Source: Takakia lepidozioides (lineage: Eukaryota; Plantae; Bryophyta). Taken from it: 64,000 nucleotides of DNA. Location of the stretch: contig CM060734.1 of NCBI GenBank assembly GCA_030704615.1, positions 13,950,001 to 14,014,000 of the forward strand, in the 5' to 3' direction. The notes under the pieces are model-generated. The model was not told where the DNA came from. It did not search any database and worked only from the letters and a program-made list of their open reading frames with translations. A program made the translations under genes and the position numbers. How positions within the stretch are numbered: the stretch's first letter is position 1; each line of letters begins with the position of its first letter. Below, piece by piece: positions 39,172-51,130 of this stretch.

Positions 39172-42100
39172 CTACTCTCCTACACCCTCCGAGGAACTTG
39201 CCCCACCTTCTTCCTCATCCCCCTCATCCCCCTCATCCTCCGAGCTCTGTGATGCATCAGTTCCACTATGCCTCTCAAAAATCCCGTCCTCTCCTTGGGG
39301 GACTGTCCACCTCACCTCCTGGGAATCTTCTGCGTCTTCTCCCCCACTTTCCTCAGCAGAATCCAACACAAATCTACGAGCCCGACGGGCTCTAATAGCT
39401 GCTGCCTCCTCCCTCATCTTCATTTTCTTGAGGCTTGCCTCGTCTAAAATCTGCTGTACACGACTACGTTCGGAACCTCCTAATGGACACCGAAGCAAGC
39501 CGGGCAGCATAAGTAGGAAGGATGTACTCCCTTTCTGGACTAGGCATGAAATCCCCCCTGGCAAAAAAAAGGCACGTTCCTCCTGCCCATGAACTCCGGT
39601 GTAGACGTCCCTCCGGCAGTACTTGGCATCCTACAGTAAGAACAAATCCACTTGAAGAATGTCAATACCAGCACAACCAGAAAGGGTTTTCAATGAAATA
39701 AGAGAGCGGAGGGAGGTGCCTCACAAAATCTGGAGGCAACTTACAATGCCACCACTCACTCGTAAACCGGGGGCTCCTCGGCCTCGATCCCAACTTCCTC
39801 CCCCTGCTCCTTCGGATTTTTCCTCATCCTCCGAGGATGCCTCTTCCTCTTCGGCAGACGTTCAGCCGCTGCAAGTTCCGAGTTGTGGAGGGCAGTATCT
39901 GGCTCGAAGGCGAACACATGCCTGTCGGACAACGTCCCTGCCCACATTGAAGCACCTGAGGAACAAAGCGGGCGGTTAATAGCTTGCGGCATGCAATTGC
40001 AATGGGGCCAGGGGACAAACTGAGCACGTGAAGGCTTACCCGTGCCGCATGTGAGGTCCAGAATCCGCCCTTGGACATCCGAGCACGTCTCCATGAGGGT
40101 TTGGATGAAAGCAGGGCTCCGGGTCGGCTGTACCGCCACGGTTTGCCTGTCTTTGTGTCCTTCGGCATACTAGAGTGGGGCACATAGTTGTAGAGGACAT
40201 CGTAGGTTACAGGGTCCACAGCGGCATCAACAAGACGACCGTCGTTGCGGAATTTGAACGTAGACCCTCTCTTCACAAAGCAATATGCCTCAAACACCAA
40301 TGTCTGCACATCCAACAAAGAAGGGATCAATTCCAGGGTCTACTTAACATACACCACAATATGAAGTGAATGCAATAGATTGATAACTTACACTTTGGCC
40401 CTCTGTTCGCAACCCCTGCGTACTGATGCAGAACCATTTTCTGAGGAGGACCGGGGTGACACTTTTCGGTGTCCACCTTGCCACCGCATTCTCTGTGGTC
40501 TTCCCTCTCGTGGCAAGGACAACCACACATCCACCGTCATCCAGAAGCATCCCCGCCAGCCCAAACCCGGCTTTCCAGTAGTCCTCAGTAAACCTGTTCC
40601 AGGTGGGCACACCATCCAGGCCCTCCAGCAGCTCCCCATCTGGAATGTCGAGGAGAATCATGTCGCAAGCTCTCTCCACCTCAACCCCCCCCCGAGTGCT
40701 CTTGCAATTCGTGCTCACAGCCGTGAAGAATTCCATCATGGCTTCAAAACCAGGGGTGTCTTTAGGCTCTGTACCGGCAGCCCTCTTCTTGGCTTTCCCC
40801 TTCTGCTCCGCCAGAGACTTGTTGTGTGCCACCTTCTTCGCCCTGGCAGAGAGCGTCAAGGAAGCTCTCATTGACGCATTGGATGATGGTTGGAGGTTCT
40901 AGCTTTGGCCTGTGCGTAAACGTCACCGCCGAATACCGCCGTGTAGGCTCGCCCTCAAATGCCAACTTCTTGGCAGAGCCAGTCCCACTCCGAACTGACT
41001 TGGGAACCCGGACGACCGGTGACTGGGTAGGAGCAACAGCAGTCGCAGGACCTTGAACAAAATCGGCGTCGGAGTCACTCTCTTGGGTCCCCTCCTGCGC
41101 CTCCTCCGATGCCCCGATGGTTTTCTTCTTTTTGGGTGTTACTGCAGTCACCTGTTTCCTTGTCCTTTTCCTTTGACCTTTACTCTTCTCATGCAATTTC
41201 TCCTGAATTCCTGCCTGAGCAAGCTCTGCCGCTTTCCTGGAGTTCGCAAGCGCTTTTGCCTCTTTTGCACCCAACGGAGGCAGCGGAGCCCGGTTTCGTC
41301 GGAATTCAGCATCCAGCTTCAATTGAAACTCGGATGGGTCGAGCGAGCCGGGCGGAAGGTCCACATACCAAGGGCAATCACGCAAATGTTCCAGATGCCA
41401 CTCCTTCACAATATCGTCAGTGTACATGGAGTCAGCCCCAGGGTTCCTCCATGCCAGGAAGAATGGTGGCTCGAAAGACAGATGACCTTTCTCCAAAAGG
41501 GAGAACTTACAGTACCTGCATTCATGAAAAACACAATGAGGTCCGAAAATGGCTAAGTCCCTGAACGGCAATAGGGCCTACAACTGGAATATGGCGCCGA
41601 ATTTCCACTTCAGGGCCACCCAGTCTAGGGACTTAGCCCGAAAATGGCTAAGTCCCTGACGGCAATAGGGCCTTGGCGCCGAATTTCCAGTTCAGGGCCA
41701 GCCAGTCTAGGGACTTAGCCCGAAAATGGCTAAGTCCCTGGACGGCAATAGGGCCTAGAACTGGAAAACGGCGCCGAATTTCCAGTTCCGGGCCAGCCAC
41801 ACTAGGGACTTAGGCCGAAAATGGCTAAGTCCCTGAACGGCAATAGGGCCTAAACTGGAAATGGCGCCGAATTTCCACTTCAGGGCCAGCCAGTCTAGGG
41901 ACTTAGGCCGAAAATGGCTAAGTCCCTGAACGGCAATAGGGCCTGGAACTGGAAAATGGCGCCGAATTTCCAGTTCCGGGCCAGCCAGTCTAGGGACTTA
42001 GCCATTTTCGGAGCCCTGACTGGAAATTCGGCGCCATTTTCCCTAACACCACTTGAGGCCTCTAACATCCTGAAATGCCAGGACTTGAAAGAAAGGCAGC

Positions 42101-44760
42101 GCGTATGTACCTGTACAGAAGGCGCATTGCTGCTTTGTCCGCGTTCGGCTGGTCGGTGAACTCGTGGCTCCGGCGAGCATCTGCTATCTCCCGAAAGAAT
42201 AGGTTGGTTTTGTAGAGCAGAAAGTACCTCGTCACATAGTCACGTAGGCTCTCTGCTGCAGGAGATATCTCCATCTTGAACTGATGTGCTTGTGTGTCCA
42301 GCTGCTCTTGCGCATTCGTCGTCACCTGTGGAGATTGTCCATCAGATCGCTTTCCTCAAAAAATACAATGAATCCACCCCCTACTAGAGTAGAAGCCCCA
42401 AACGAAGCGTGGGGAAGTACCTGAAACCACCATGTCATGCGGTTCATCCACATGTCGAATGTGGGGTCAGAGAGTTTGTCCGGTTGGGGAAGCTCCACAT
42501 GTCCCTGGTACTTTGGGAACCATTCCAGATTTGGAGCCACCGGGTCTGTCCAACCACCCAGCATATTCGTAAGCGCCAAACACCACAAAAAGGAGTTGTT
42601 GCCACCACAATTTTGTTAAGAATGTATCACCTTTTCTGTTGCATCCACACAGGATGTGGCTAGACGATGGAGCTTCTCCAATGTCATCGTGGGCTTCAGA
42701 GCGCGAGAGTAGTGCTTCCCCACCTCCACCAGAAAGTCGGCACCAAGGGCGGGATCAGCTATGGCCACGTACTTTACCATCCGCGACTTGTACTTTATGC
42801 GGGCCCTCACCTCCGCAGCTTTGACATACGATTCGAGTTCCGGGAGGGTTGGATTCTTCTCCTCTGACTCCATGTAGAACCTCCGCGCATGTGCCAAATC
42901 CTGCTGTATTTTCGTCTGTCAAGAATGCGCACATAAGATTAGAGATCCTGCTCAACACAATTTCTTCTATTGGGGGAGGAGAGACAGATTAGCTCAACAA
43001 AACTGTCAGGAGCTTTACCCGAAATATGTAGTCCACCATGGCGTCGACGCTCAGCCTATACCAGGTTCTGTCTGCCTTTGCTCCGACTTGCGCAGGAGGT
43101 CGGCACTGAGGGAATTGGCAAACTCTTGCACCCCCTGCTTCCCGACATCCTTCACTCGGAAGAGCATATGGGACAAGTTGGTGGCAATGAAGGCATTCTC
43201 AGTCACCTGCAGTGCCACATTTCCATCAAACAATACTGAAATGGGAATTTTCATCATATATGAGGATTCGCAATGAAATGACTTCCAAATTCAAAGTCCA
43301 AAAGCGAGAGGGGTTGTAGCTTACGAGTTGATGTCGGCCATTGCAGCTTTGAGAAGACTGCGATCTTTGGGCCCCGCAACCTTCAGCACAACACAATCGA
43401 CGGCGAAATGCCAATCGAGATCGTTGGGGTGGGCTTGGGCAATGTGCTCCATCCATGCCAGGCGATGATTGCCGTCCCACACGTAGAACATCTTACCGGA
43501 CATGTGCTGGAAAAGAGGATCACTAGCAATCGATCTCTCGAACTCCTCATTTCGCGTTTGCCAATGGGGACCCCATTTGTCCACCTCATCGGAAGTGTGG
43601 GCACGGGAAGCTCCGTGGTCGTTCTCAATGGAAACGTAAAAGGCGGCAGACCCCATTCGATATCCATCCCGGAAAGAGAATTTCAGCTTGTCGATATCGC
43701 CTGGGAGGGCAGGTCTCACCACCTGCAATGACACCAAGCGGCAAAGGGGAATTCGAAGCTTGCCGGGTACACCATGCCCCCAGCACCCTGCCAATGTTGC
43801 TGTGGGTTGCCTCCAACATCTTGGCAGCGGCCAACTTCATATCCGCCTCAGACATGACGTCTGCTGCAGAGGGGTTTTCCGGCAGCCCACCAGGACCGCC
43901 AAATCCAGCCTGTATGCTCCGGGTTTGGGGCCTGGGGATGTCCGGGAGGATGTCATCCTGGTCAGAAACCTCCATGTCGTCCTCCTCAACAGGGTCAGCC
44001 ACCTGCGAAACCACCTCCAGCACTCTCGTCGTCTCTACTGCCCTCTCCCTGGCTTCACCTCGAACTTGCACAATCCGTGCTCTTTCAGGTGTTCTTTCCT
44101 CTCCTCCACTCTCCACCGTATGGGTAATTGCGGGGGCTGCTCTTGCCCGCGATGGTCTAACCGGTGTGCTACTGCCTCTCTGTGGTGTCTTGTAGGGATC
44201 CACCGTCTCTGTGGGTCCCTCGCTTACATTGGCATCTGTCATTTGGGCACCCCTGGCCTTCAGCTGCCTTTTGTCTTTCCTCCTGGCTAGCATTCTGTCT
44301 CGTCTGTTCTTTGCCTCTCTTTTGCCCTCTCACGGGCTTTCTGTTTCTTACTAGGGCTAGCAGCAGGGGAGCCCTCCAGGACGACCACCTTTGATTGAGG
44401 CGAACTGACACCCTCGCGCGCACTGCTCACTCCCCCCTCCGCAGCCCGTGACTGCTCTCTCGCCGGGGATTGCATGTGCTTAGCTTTCTTCTTTTTCTTT
44501 GCGTGGGCGGGCCCTACTGCATGTGCATGAACAACCTCCATTGCCGGATCTGCTGTCCTCATGTCCTCACGCCCTTCACCTGCCATGCCGCCTGCACCAA
44601 CCTCCCCAATGCCTACTCTGTCGTAATCTCGTTGCAAGTCCTCCCGTCCACCAACAAAAGGTTTAAGTTTGCCCTCTCGCCCCAAGTTGGGCGATTCAAC
44701 ATGCGATGAGTTGGAGCTGTCGATGATACCACCAGCGTGCCGGGCTCGTCGTCACTCTGT
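39172..44760 (-). CDS. Multi-exon cargo protein: low-complexity N-terminus, ParB/Srx-like domain, helical middle region, beta-class N4/N6 DNA methyltransferase-like domain, acidic tail (frameshifted as assembled; start approximate)
   Basis: IPLCRL..VVRP..DIDKLKFSFRDG..FYVWDGNHR (DGNHR at 43462-43476). CDMILLDIPD (DIPD at 40638-40649). Splicing the GT-AG intron 39956-40039 gives RSPAFIQTLMETCSDVQGRILDLTCGT|GASMWAGTLSDRHVFAFEPD. Exons and intron positions are conserved in element B. Confidence 0.75.
41540..42040. repeat. ~90-bp tandem repeat (about 5 units) inside a cargo-gene intron
   Basis: Unit CCGAAAATGGCTAAGTCCCT...TGGCGCCGAATTTCCA...TAGGGACTTAG with internal inverted GCTAAGTCCCT/AGGGACTTAGC. 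Confidence 0.9.
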
Positions 44761-45539
44761 CATTGACAAAATCGTGAAAACCAAACATCGGTGCAAAAAG
44801 CAGCATCGCAACGAGCAGCGCAACCACCATAGCAACAATCATGTAGCAAAAATGAAAACATAACAAGTTTAGGAAGTATGGAGAGCCATGCAACAACAAC
44901 AATGAAAACAAATGCAACCATTGCCTAAGAATGACATGCACAGCAGCCTTCTCCAGAGCTGCCGGATTTGCACACGCATTGCAAACAATCTAAGGTTCAC
45001 TCAACTATCTAAAAGTTCACTCATACAGCAAAGCCAGGATGAAGATGCAAAAACAAAGCGAGGTAACAAAGCGAAAGCAAAAAATAAATCGAACAAACCG
45101 AAAGCAGAAGTGGCTTGCCTGAGAGTACTCGGCTTCAGTTGGCAGGTTGTGAGCAAGACACTGGAATCTCCTGCTGGAGCTTCAGTTTGGCCATGCGAGA
45201 GATTGGCCGTCGTCCGTAGTACAGAGCTTTCAACTTCCGCCGCGGTCTGGATGTGAGGTCTCTCTCAGGAGAGCCACGCCCTTCAGGCGGCATAAGTCCC
45301 AGCCAAAAAGATCTCCTTTTTTGGGGTACATGCCTGGAATACCATGTTAAGCCAAGTTAGCATGAGATTTAGGGTACGTGTCCAGGAAGCCATGCGTCGC
45401 CAGCCGAATAATAACCGACGGCCGTCGACATTTATTGCCCAACTGCGCAATTAAATGTCGGATGAAGCCCTCCATGTCGGATGAAAATCGACGTAAACAG
45501 TCCCGGAATTTCCAACGTAGAGGTAATTCGGAGCGCTGC

Positions 45540-46740
45540 CCGGCGCGGATTTCCATCCTGCAGGTAATTCGGAGCGCGCATCCGGCGCCGAATTTCCATG
45601 CCTCACGCAGGTAATTCGGAAGATGGAAATCCGGCGCCGAAAGGTAATTTCCCTCACGCAGGTAATTCGGAGCGGCGGATGGAAATCCGGCGCCGAATTT
45701 CCATTAAATTCCCTAATTCGGAAGCGCGCGGATGGAAATCCGGCGCCGAATTTCCATCCGCGCCGGCAGGTAATTGCCGCCAAAGGCCCCGGCGCCGAAT
45801 TCCATCCGCCGGCTTTCCATTTTTTTCGGCGCCGAATTTCCCTTCCGGCCGAAATGGTCGGCGCCGAATTTCCATCCAGCGAATGGATATTCGGCGCCGA
45901 ATTTCCATTCGCCATGTATTTGGAATTACCTTCGTGCAGGGCGCGCCCATCCTTAATTTGCGAATTACCTGCCGGAATTACCTGCACGAAAATGCTTATC
46001 CATTCCGACTTACCTGCTGGATGGAAATTCGGCGCCGAATTCCATCCATCCGGGATTTTAGATGGAAATTCGCCGGGATTCCACCTGCTGGATGGAAATT
46101 CGGCGCCGAATTCCATGGATCGGAGAGGTTCTCCGCGCTCTGTTGGATATTCGGTGCCGAATTTCCGTCCCGGGGTTGAAATATGACGGCCAGGTGCCGA
46201 CCTCTCCCCTCCCGACTGCATTGGGGCCCCGAATTGAAATTCGGCGCCGTTTTCCCATCTGTGGAGGTTTTTATGTCGGCCAGTTTTCGGTCTGACCCCC
46301 CGACAAGACTTCCTTTGGGGGGGCCCGGATGGAAATTCGGCGCCGAATCTCCGTCCAGGGGATGTTCTCTGTCGCACACTCGCCGGCCTCTGCGCCCGAG
46401 GCGACTTCATCCGGGCGTCCCCTGTTCGATATTCGGTGCCGAATTTCCGTCGGGGTTGAAATGTGACGGCCAAGTGCAGGCCACTCCCCCCTCCCCGACT
46501 GCATCCGAACCGCCCCGGATGGAAAATTCGGCGCCGTTTTTCCATCTGGGGATGTTTTTATGCCGTCCAGTTTTCGGCCTGACCCCCCGACACGACTCCC
46601 TTTGGGGGGCCCGGATGGAAATTCGGCGCCGAATCTCCATCCAGGGGATGTTCTCTGTCGCACACACTCCGGCCTCTGCGCCCGAGGCGACTTCATCCGG
46701 GCTTCCTCTGTTGGATATTGGGTGCCGAATTTCCATTCGG
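45540..46740. repeat. Element A intergenic palindrome array (consensus GGAAATTCGGCGCCGAATTTCC)
   Basis: About 17 copies counted by eye. The right part forms ~283-bp higher-order units (46152, 46434, 46720). Confidence 0.92.
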
Positions 46741-47037
46741 GGGTAGTAATGTGACGGCACGGTGCCGGCTTCTCCCCTTCAGCCGTCATCATCCGGACGG
46801 CCCCCCACTTTCTGACTGCATACCGTTGGCAGTTATTGCGCAAAGACAGGGGCCGCATTCCGGAGACAAGGTTCATTAACACTCTGACTGTGGATTTTTG
46901 AGATAGTTGGCTCCTGGATTTGGATCAGGCTTCGTCGCTCGGACAAATCGGCATCGCATTCATTCCCATCGCTGCACCCCCTTCTACCAGGGAGCTTCCC
47001 CGCACGCCATCCTGGCAGTCTTGTGTGCACATCTCCC

Positions 47038-50000
47038 ATGGCGGAAAACCCGAGCGCTACAGTGTACTGCCCTCCTCACGAGCATAGAGCTTCATTTCCG
47101 TGCAGAGGGGACACCTGCCGGGTGATGGAGAAATATCTGTGCGTTCGATACCACCTGAAACCGGGGTCGGGTTTTTTGGAGGAGGAAAGGAAGGACTCAA
47201 ACGGCCTTGTTGTCGAGAGTATTGTTGTGCTCCACGATGATTTCGGCGATGGCAGGGAATGGCGAGTTCCACCATCGGACAGCGTCATATACAGGGCTGT
47301 TGGGGACTTCATTTGCCCGCCAAATGCACCGTCTATCCTGGCGCCTTCCACGAAACAATCCGCGAATCAGAGAGTGGGTACCTCAAAGAGAGAAGTCCGC
47401 AACGAAGTAAATCCAGAGCCGAACCCATCCATGAAGACGACCGAGAACCGGGTTGTTCACAACCTGTCCGACTCAGACGAGGTCATGGAAGTTCCGAGGT
47501 CGTCCTGGAGATCAGGCAAGTCCTCAATGGACGTCAGTGGAGGAGGGAGTCATATTCCCAGCACGAGCACCGCAGTTCGATCTATTCTAGAAATTCTGCG
47601 AGGGCTTCACCTGGAGGGACACCGGTCGGAGCTGGCCGGGGCTGGACTACAGCAAGTTCGCAATTAAATCGGTTACATGCCTTCCCGCCGACGTCGACGG
47701 TAATATCTTCTTTGAGTTCCCTCCTCGGGCGGACTACTCGAGGGCGTCCGGAATGTTGACAGATATGGATAGAAAACATGACGGTCATCCTTGGTGCGTT
47801 ACCAAAACCACCAGCATGAAGATGCTTGATGGTGTGCGGGGGTGCGCTACGTTTGTGCGGGCGCGTTGCGGTGTTTCTCCCCAACTTGCTTCCACTTAAA
47901 TCCAGAGGTCACAGGAACGAGACCGATTGGACAGGCACAGCTCACCAACCATTTCGAGCTCAGGAGAAGGTTCCGAACTCCACATTTAAGTGTGCGCATT
48001 GCAAAGAACCACCACACTGCATGTCTGTTTGTAATGCCAAGCAGTTCTATGTGTTGCACCGTTTCCCTGACTCACCCGAGCTTGCATACACGTTGGTTCC
48101 CATTGTCACAAATTGGCGAGGGGGAACTCGCGGGAGGCTGCCCACGAAGCAGAGCAGCTCGTTCAGGAGGAGGTTAAGTTGAGACCGGGTGCCAAACCCA
48201 AACAGATACAGCTCCAAGCCGCCCATAAGATGGCATTGGCCAGAATTATGTCGGAAGACGGCTCCGATAGAGTTCCTCTCGACGAGAAGGAAATGGAGGC
48301 ATTGCTGGAGTCGGTGTCCCACGTATGTTCACCGAATGTCCGAAACCACATTGTCTCATGCAAACAGAAAATTGGGCGTGGCTCGGATATGCACTCCATT
48401 CTGGAGGTGAAGCGACGATGTGGATATGACTACATTCATGGAAGTAGGTTTCCAGGACAAGGGACTGAGGCAGATCGTTGTTTCGTATTCAAAATGTCCA
48501 CGTGTGGACCAGTGGCGTCGAACTGGTCGACAGGATGACGAGTGGGAACTTGTCAAACAGTTGGGTCATGTTCGACCATATCAAGCGAATTACAAATCAC
48601 CAGTGGGTGACAATGGGTGCACATGTCTACGACACCCACTGCAGGATGCTAATGACAATTGCTATTTGTGAGATGAAAGGAGAGGACACACAATCGGAGA
48701 TGCTTCTTTGGCAGGGAATAAACGAACAGATGGCCAAGGCGGGATTGCCCCCTCCCAATTTCCGTGGTTTCATGGCGGACAACGCACAAGCAAATTGGGC
48801 TGCCATCCGAAGGGTGTACGGGCAAGACCCCAATGTTCCCATGGAAGGCAAGGAGAGATCTTGTGGGTTCCATTTCTGCAGAGCCTTTCGCAGTACACAA
48901 CCAGGCTCGTGGCGCCAGATTTCAGAGAGGAGCACCGTTCCATGTGCCTTGCGTGGAAGCGCGCTCCCACCTTGGATGATGCAGAGACACAGTTTGCATG
49001 CATACGGGCTTGGTGGACATCGTCAGGTGCTGTAAGGAAATCAGACGAAGGAGCAATGGTCAGTTGGCTAGCATGGTGGCATTATCGTTTCCTCCAGTTC
49101 GGCGACTATATGCGGGAGGTGAGTTGCACGAATTCGCGTCCCGTTGGATATTATTCTTGGCCATATTTGTAACTTGCTTGTAACCTCAACATGTGCTTGT
49201 GCAGGAAATGTGTCTCGACTCCGACACCGACATGCCACGACAAACATGGCCGAATCAGTGCACTCTTCCTGGCGTGCCTCCTCTGCGGCGCATCTGGTGG
49301 ACATCCTCACTGCCACAACGGAGGACATTGTGAGGTCAATTATGCAGCAATGCAGGTACAACGAGTTCTTGAAAGGGAAACAGTGGGGCTTGGGGCCGGA
49401 CAGGCAGGAAATGCTGATGCGGACTGCCTCCAGATCGAAGAATCCTCGGAAGTGGGCGGCGGCCTTGCGAGAGGGCCTTCGGGACACGCCATTGCTGCGA
49501 AGAGGCCAACATTTGGAAGGAGATGTTCATACCCGTCCAGTGAGACGAAGACTTGACGAGGCACCTGGCGGAGAAGAGGATTCATGGCGAGCTGACAAGA
49601 ATATTCGCACGCTCCCTCGTGGTCCGGTGATGTTGTCCGAGGAGGTCTCGTCGAGCACCGGAAGTCCTGCACGTTCAAGATCGCCATCTCCTTTGAGCAC
49701 AGGGCGCGTGCCCCGGCAACATAACGAGCCATCTGTAGTAAAGCAATACAACATTCCCATTGTGGAGACAAGAGTGTCGGAGTCACAGTGGAGAATTGCG
49801 AGGACATTGCCGGCATTTCGAGGGAAGTGTTGCGCCATCCGGGTGGATACGAGAGCACGCTGTGGTGAGATGATTCGGAGGAACCCACACGGTGCTGTAC
49901 CTGCACCTTGTTTCAGCGGCAGATTTTTGACTCCCACATTTGCTCACGCCACAACGCAGACATTTTGGTTCTGTAGGCACGACATAATGACCTGTGTTTG

Positions 50001-50619
50001 GCAAGCCCAAGTACGGGATTCAGGGAATGCCGGAGCCTCCGGGCGTCTGGCCTGTTGCACCGGGTTGCAGCCTCTCTCAGAATGAGGCGGATGCTCTATC
50101 TGCAGCAGGATTTCGAATGGTGCAACGCACAGACATCCCGGCCCACGCATTTCCGGTTCCTCAGACCCAGCCATTGCAGACTGCTCGGTCCAGTAGAGAC
50201 GGATTGGACAATTCTGCACATCCCACAATGCGATTCGGAAGAGTGAAGAGACGACACCTCCCAACAAGTTGAATGAGACTCGGATTGCCAATGCTCTTGG
50301 GATGGCTTGCACTATTCAGAGCTCCGTGGACGTACCCCCACCCGGCCTTGGGCGTGTGTATCGGATGGCAACGGCCGGCTCGGCTGTACGCGACGATGTA
50401 TACACAATTACGATTGGAGTGGAGCCGACTTGCAACTGTACGGACTTCTCGTTGATGGAAGCAAAGAAGGGTTCGAAGTATTATCCGTGCAAGCATCTGT
50501 ATTACATTTACCTGAAGAGGTTGAGGATGAACGTGACTATTGATGACTTTATTCATGCACCGGCGTTGAGCGTGAACGAGCTGCACAAACTCCTCCTTAG
50601 GGATTCCAGAAATCATTGA
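47038..50619 (+). CDS. MULE transposase of element A (Cys/His-rich N-domain, DDE core, SWIM); intron ~49119-49204; several 1-bp frameshifts
   Basis: VMFDHIKR (D at 48574), FMADNAQANW (D at 48778), CGFH, TTNMAES (E at 49252), SWIM CNCTDF...CKH; stop at 50619. Confidence 0.88.
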
Positions 50620-50769
50620 TGGGGCAAACGGAATCCTCCATATGGATATTTTCAAATGCATTTTGCTGTATCAGACTTTTTTTTGCAGTGTAATGAAATG
50701 CACCCCAAAACTCCTGGAATGAGGCAATATTCCATTCAAACTGAGATCCAACAGAAGCAGTTGTGGGGC

Positions 50770-51130
50770 CATTTCTGGAAAAATGGCGCCGAATTTCTTT
50801 TTGGGCCGAAAACTCGCTAAGTCCCAACATGCACTGGTACCTGTGTTTGGGAAAATGGCGCCGAATTTCTCTTTTTGGGGCCGAAAACTGGCTAAGTCCC
50901 AACATGCACTGGTACCGTGTCTGGAAAAATGGCGCCGAATTTCTCTTTTTGGGCCGAAAACTGGCTAAGTCCGAACATGCACTGGAAAAATGGCGCCGAA
51001 TTACCTGTCATGAGGGGACCTATAGCCGCGGAATTCGGCACCATTTTTCGCCAGAGAGACCTATTGCCGCGAAATACGTCGCCGTTTTTTCAGGTTACGG
51101 ACCCTATTACCGCGAAATTCGGCGCCATAT
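50770..51130. repeat. Element A subterminal repeat array (AAAATGGCGCCGAATT + GCTAAGTCC)
   Basis: Several ~60-75-bp units sharing motifs with the 41540-42040 intron repeat. Confidence 0.85.

Noticed and set aside
45451-46882. Long overlapping ORFs (e.g. 364 aa) across the element A array
   Set aside because: They are translations of GC-rich palindromic repeats in all frames (EIRRRIS/KFGAEF/NSAPNF) with no domain signal.
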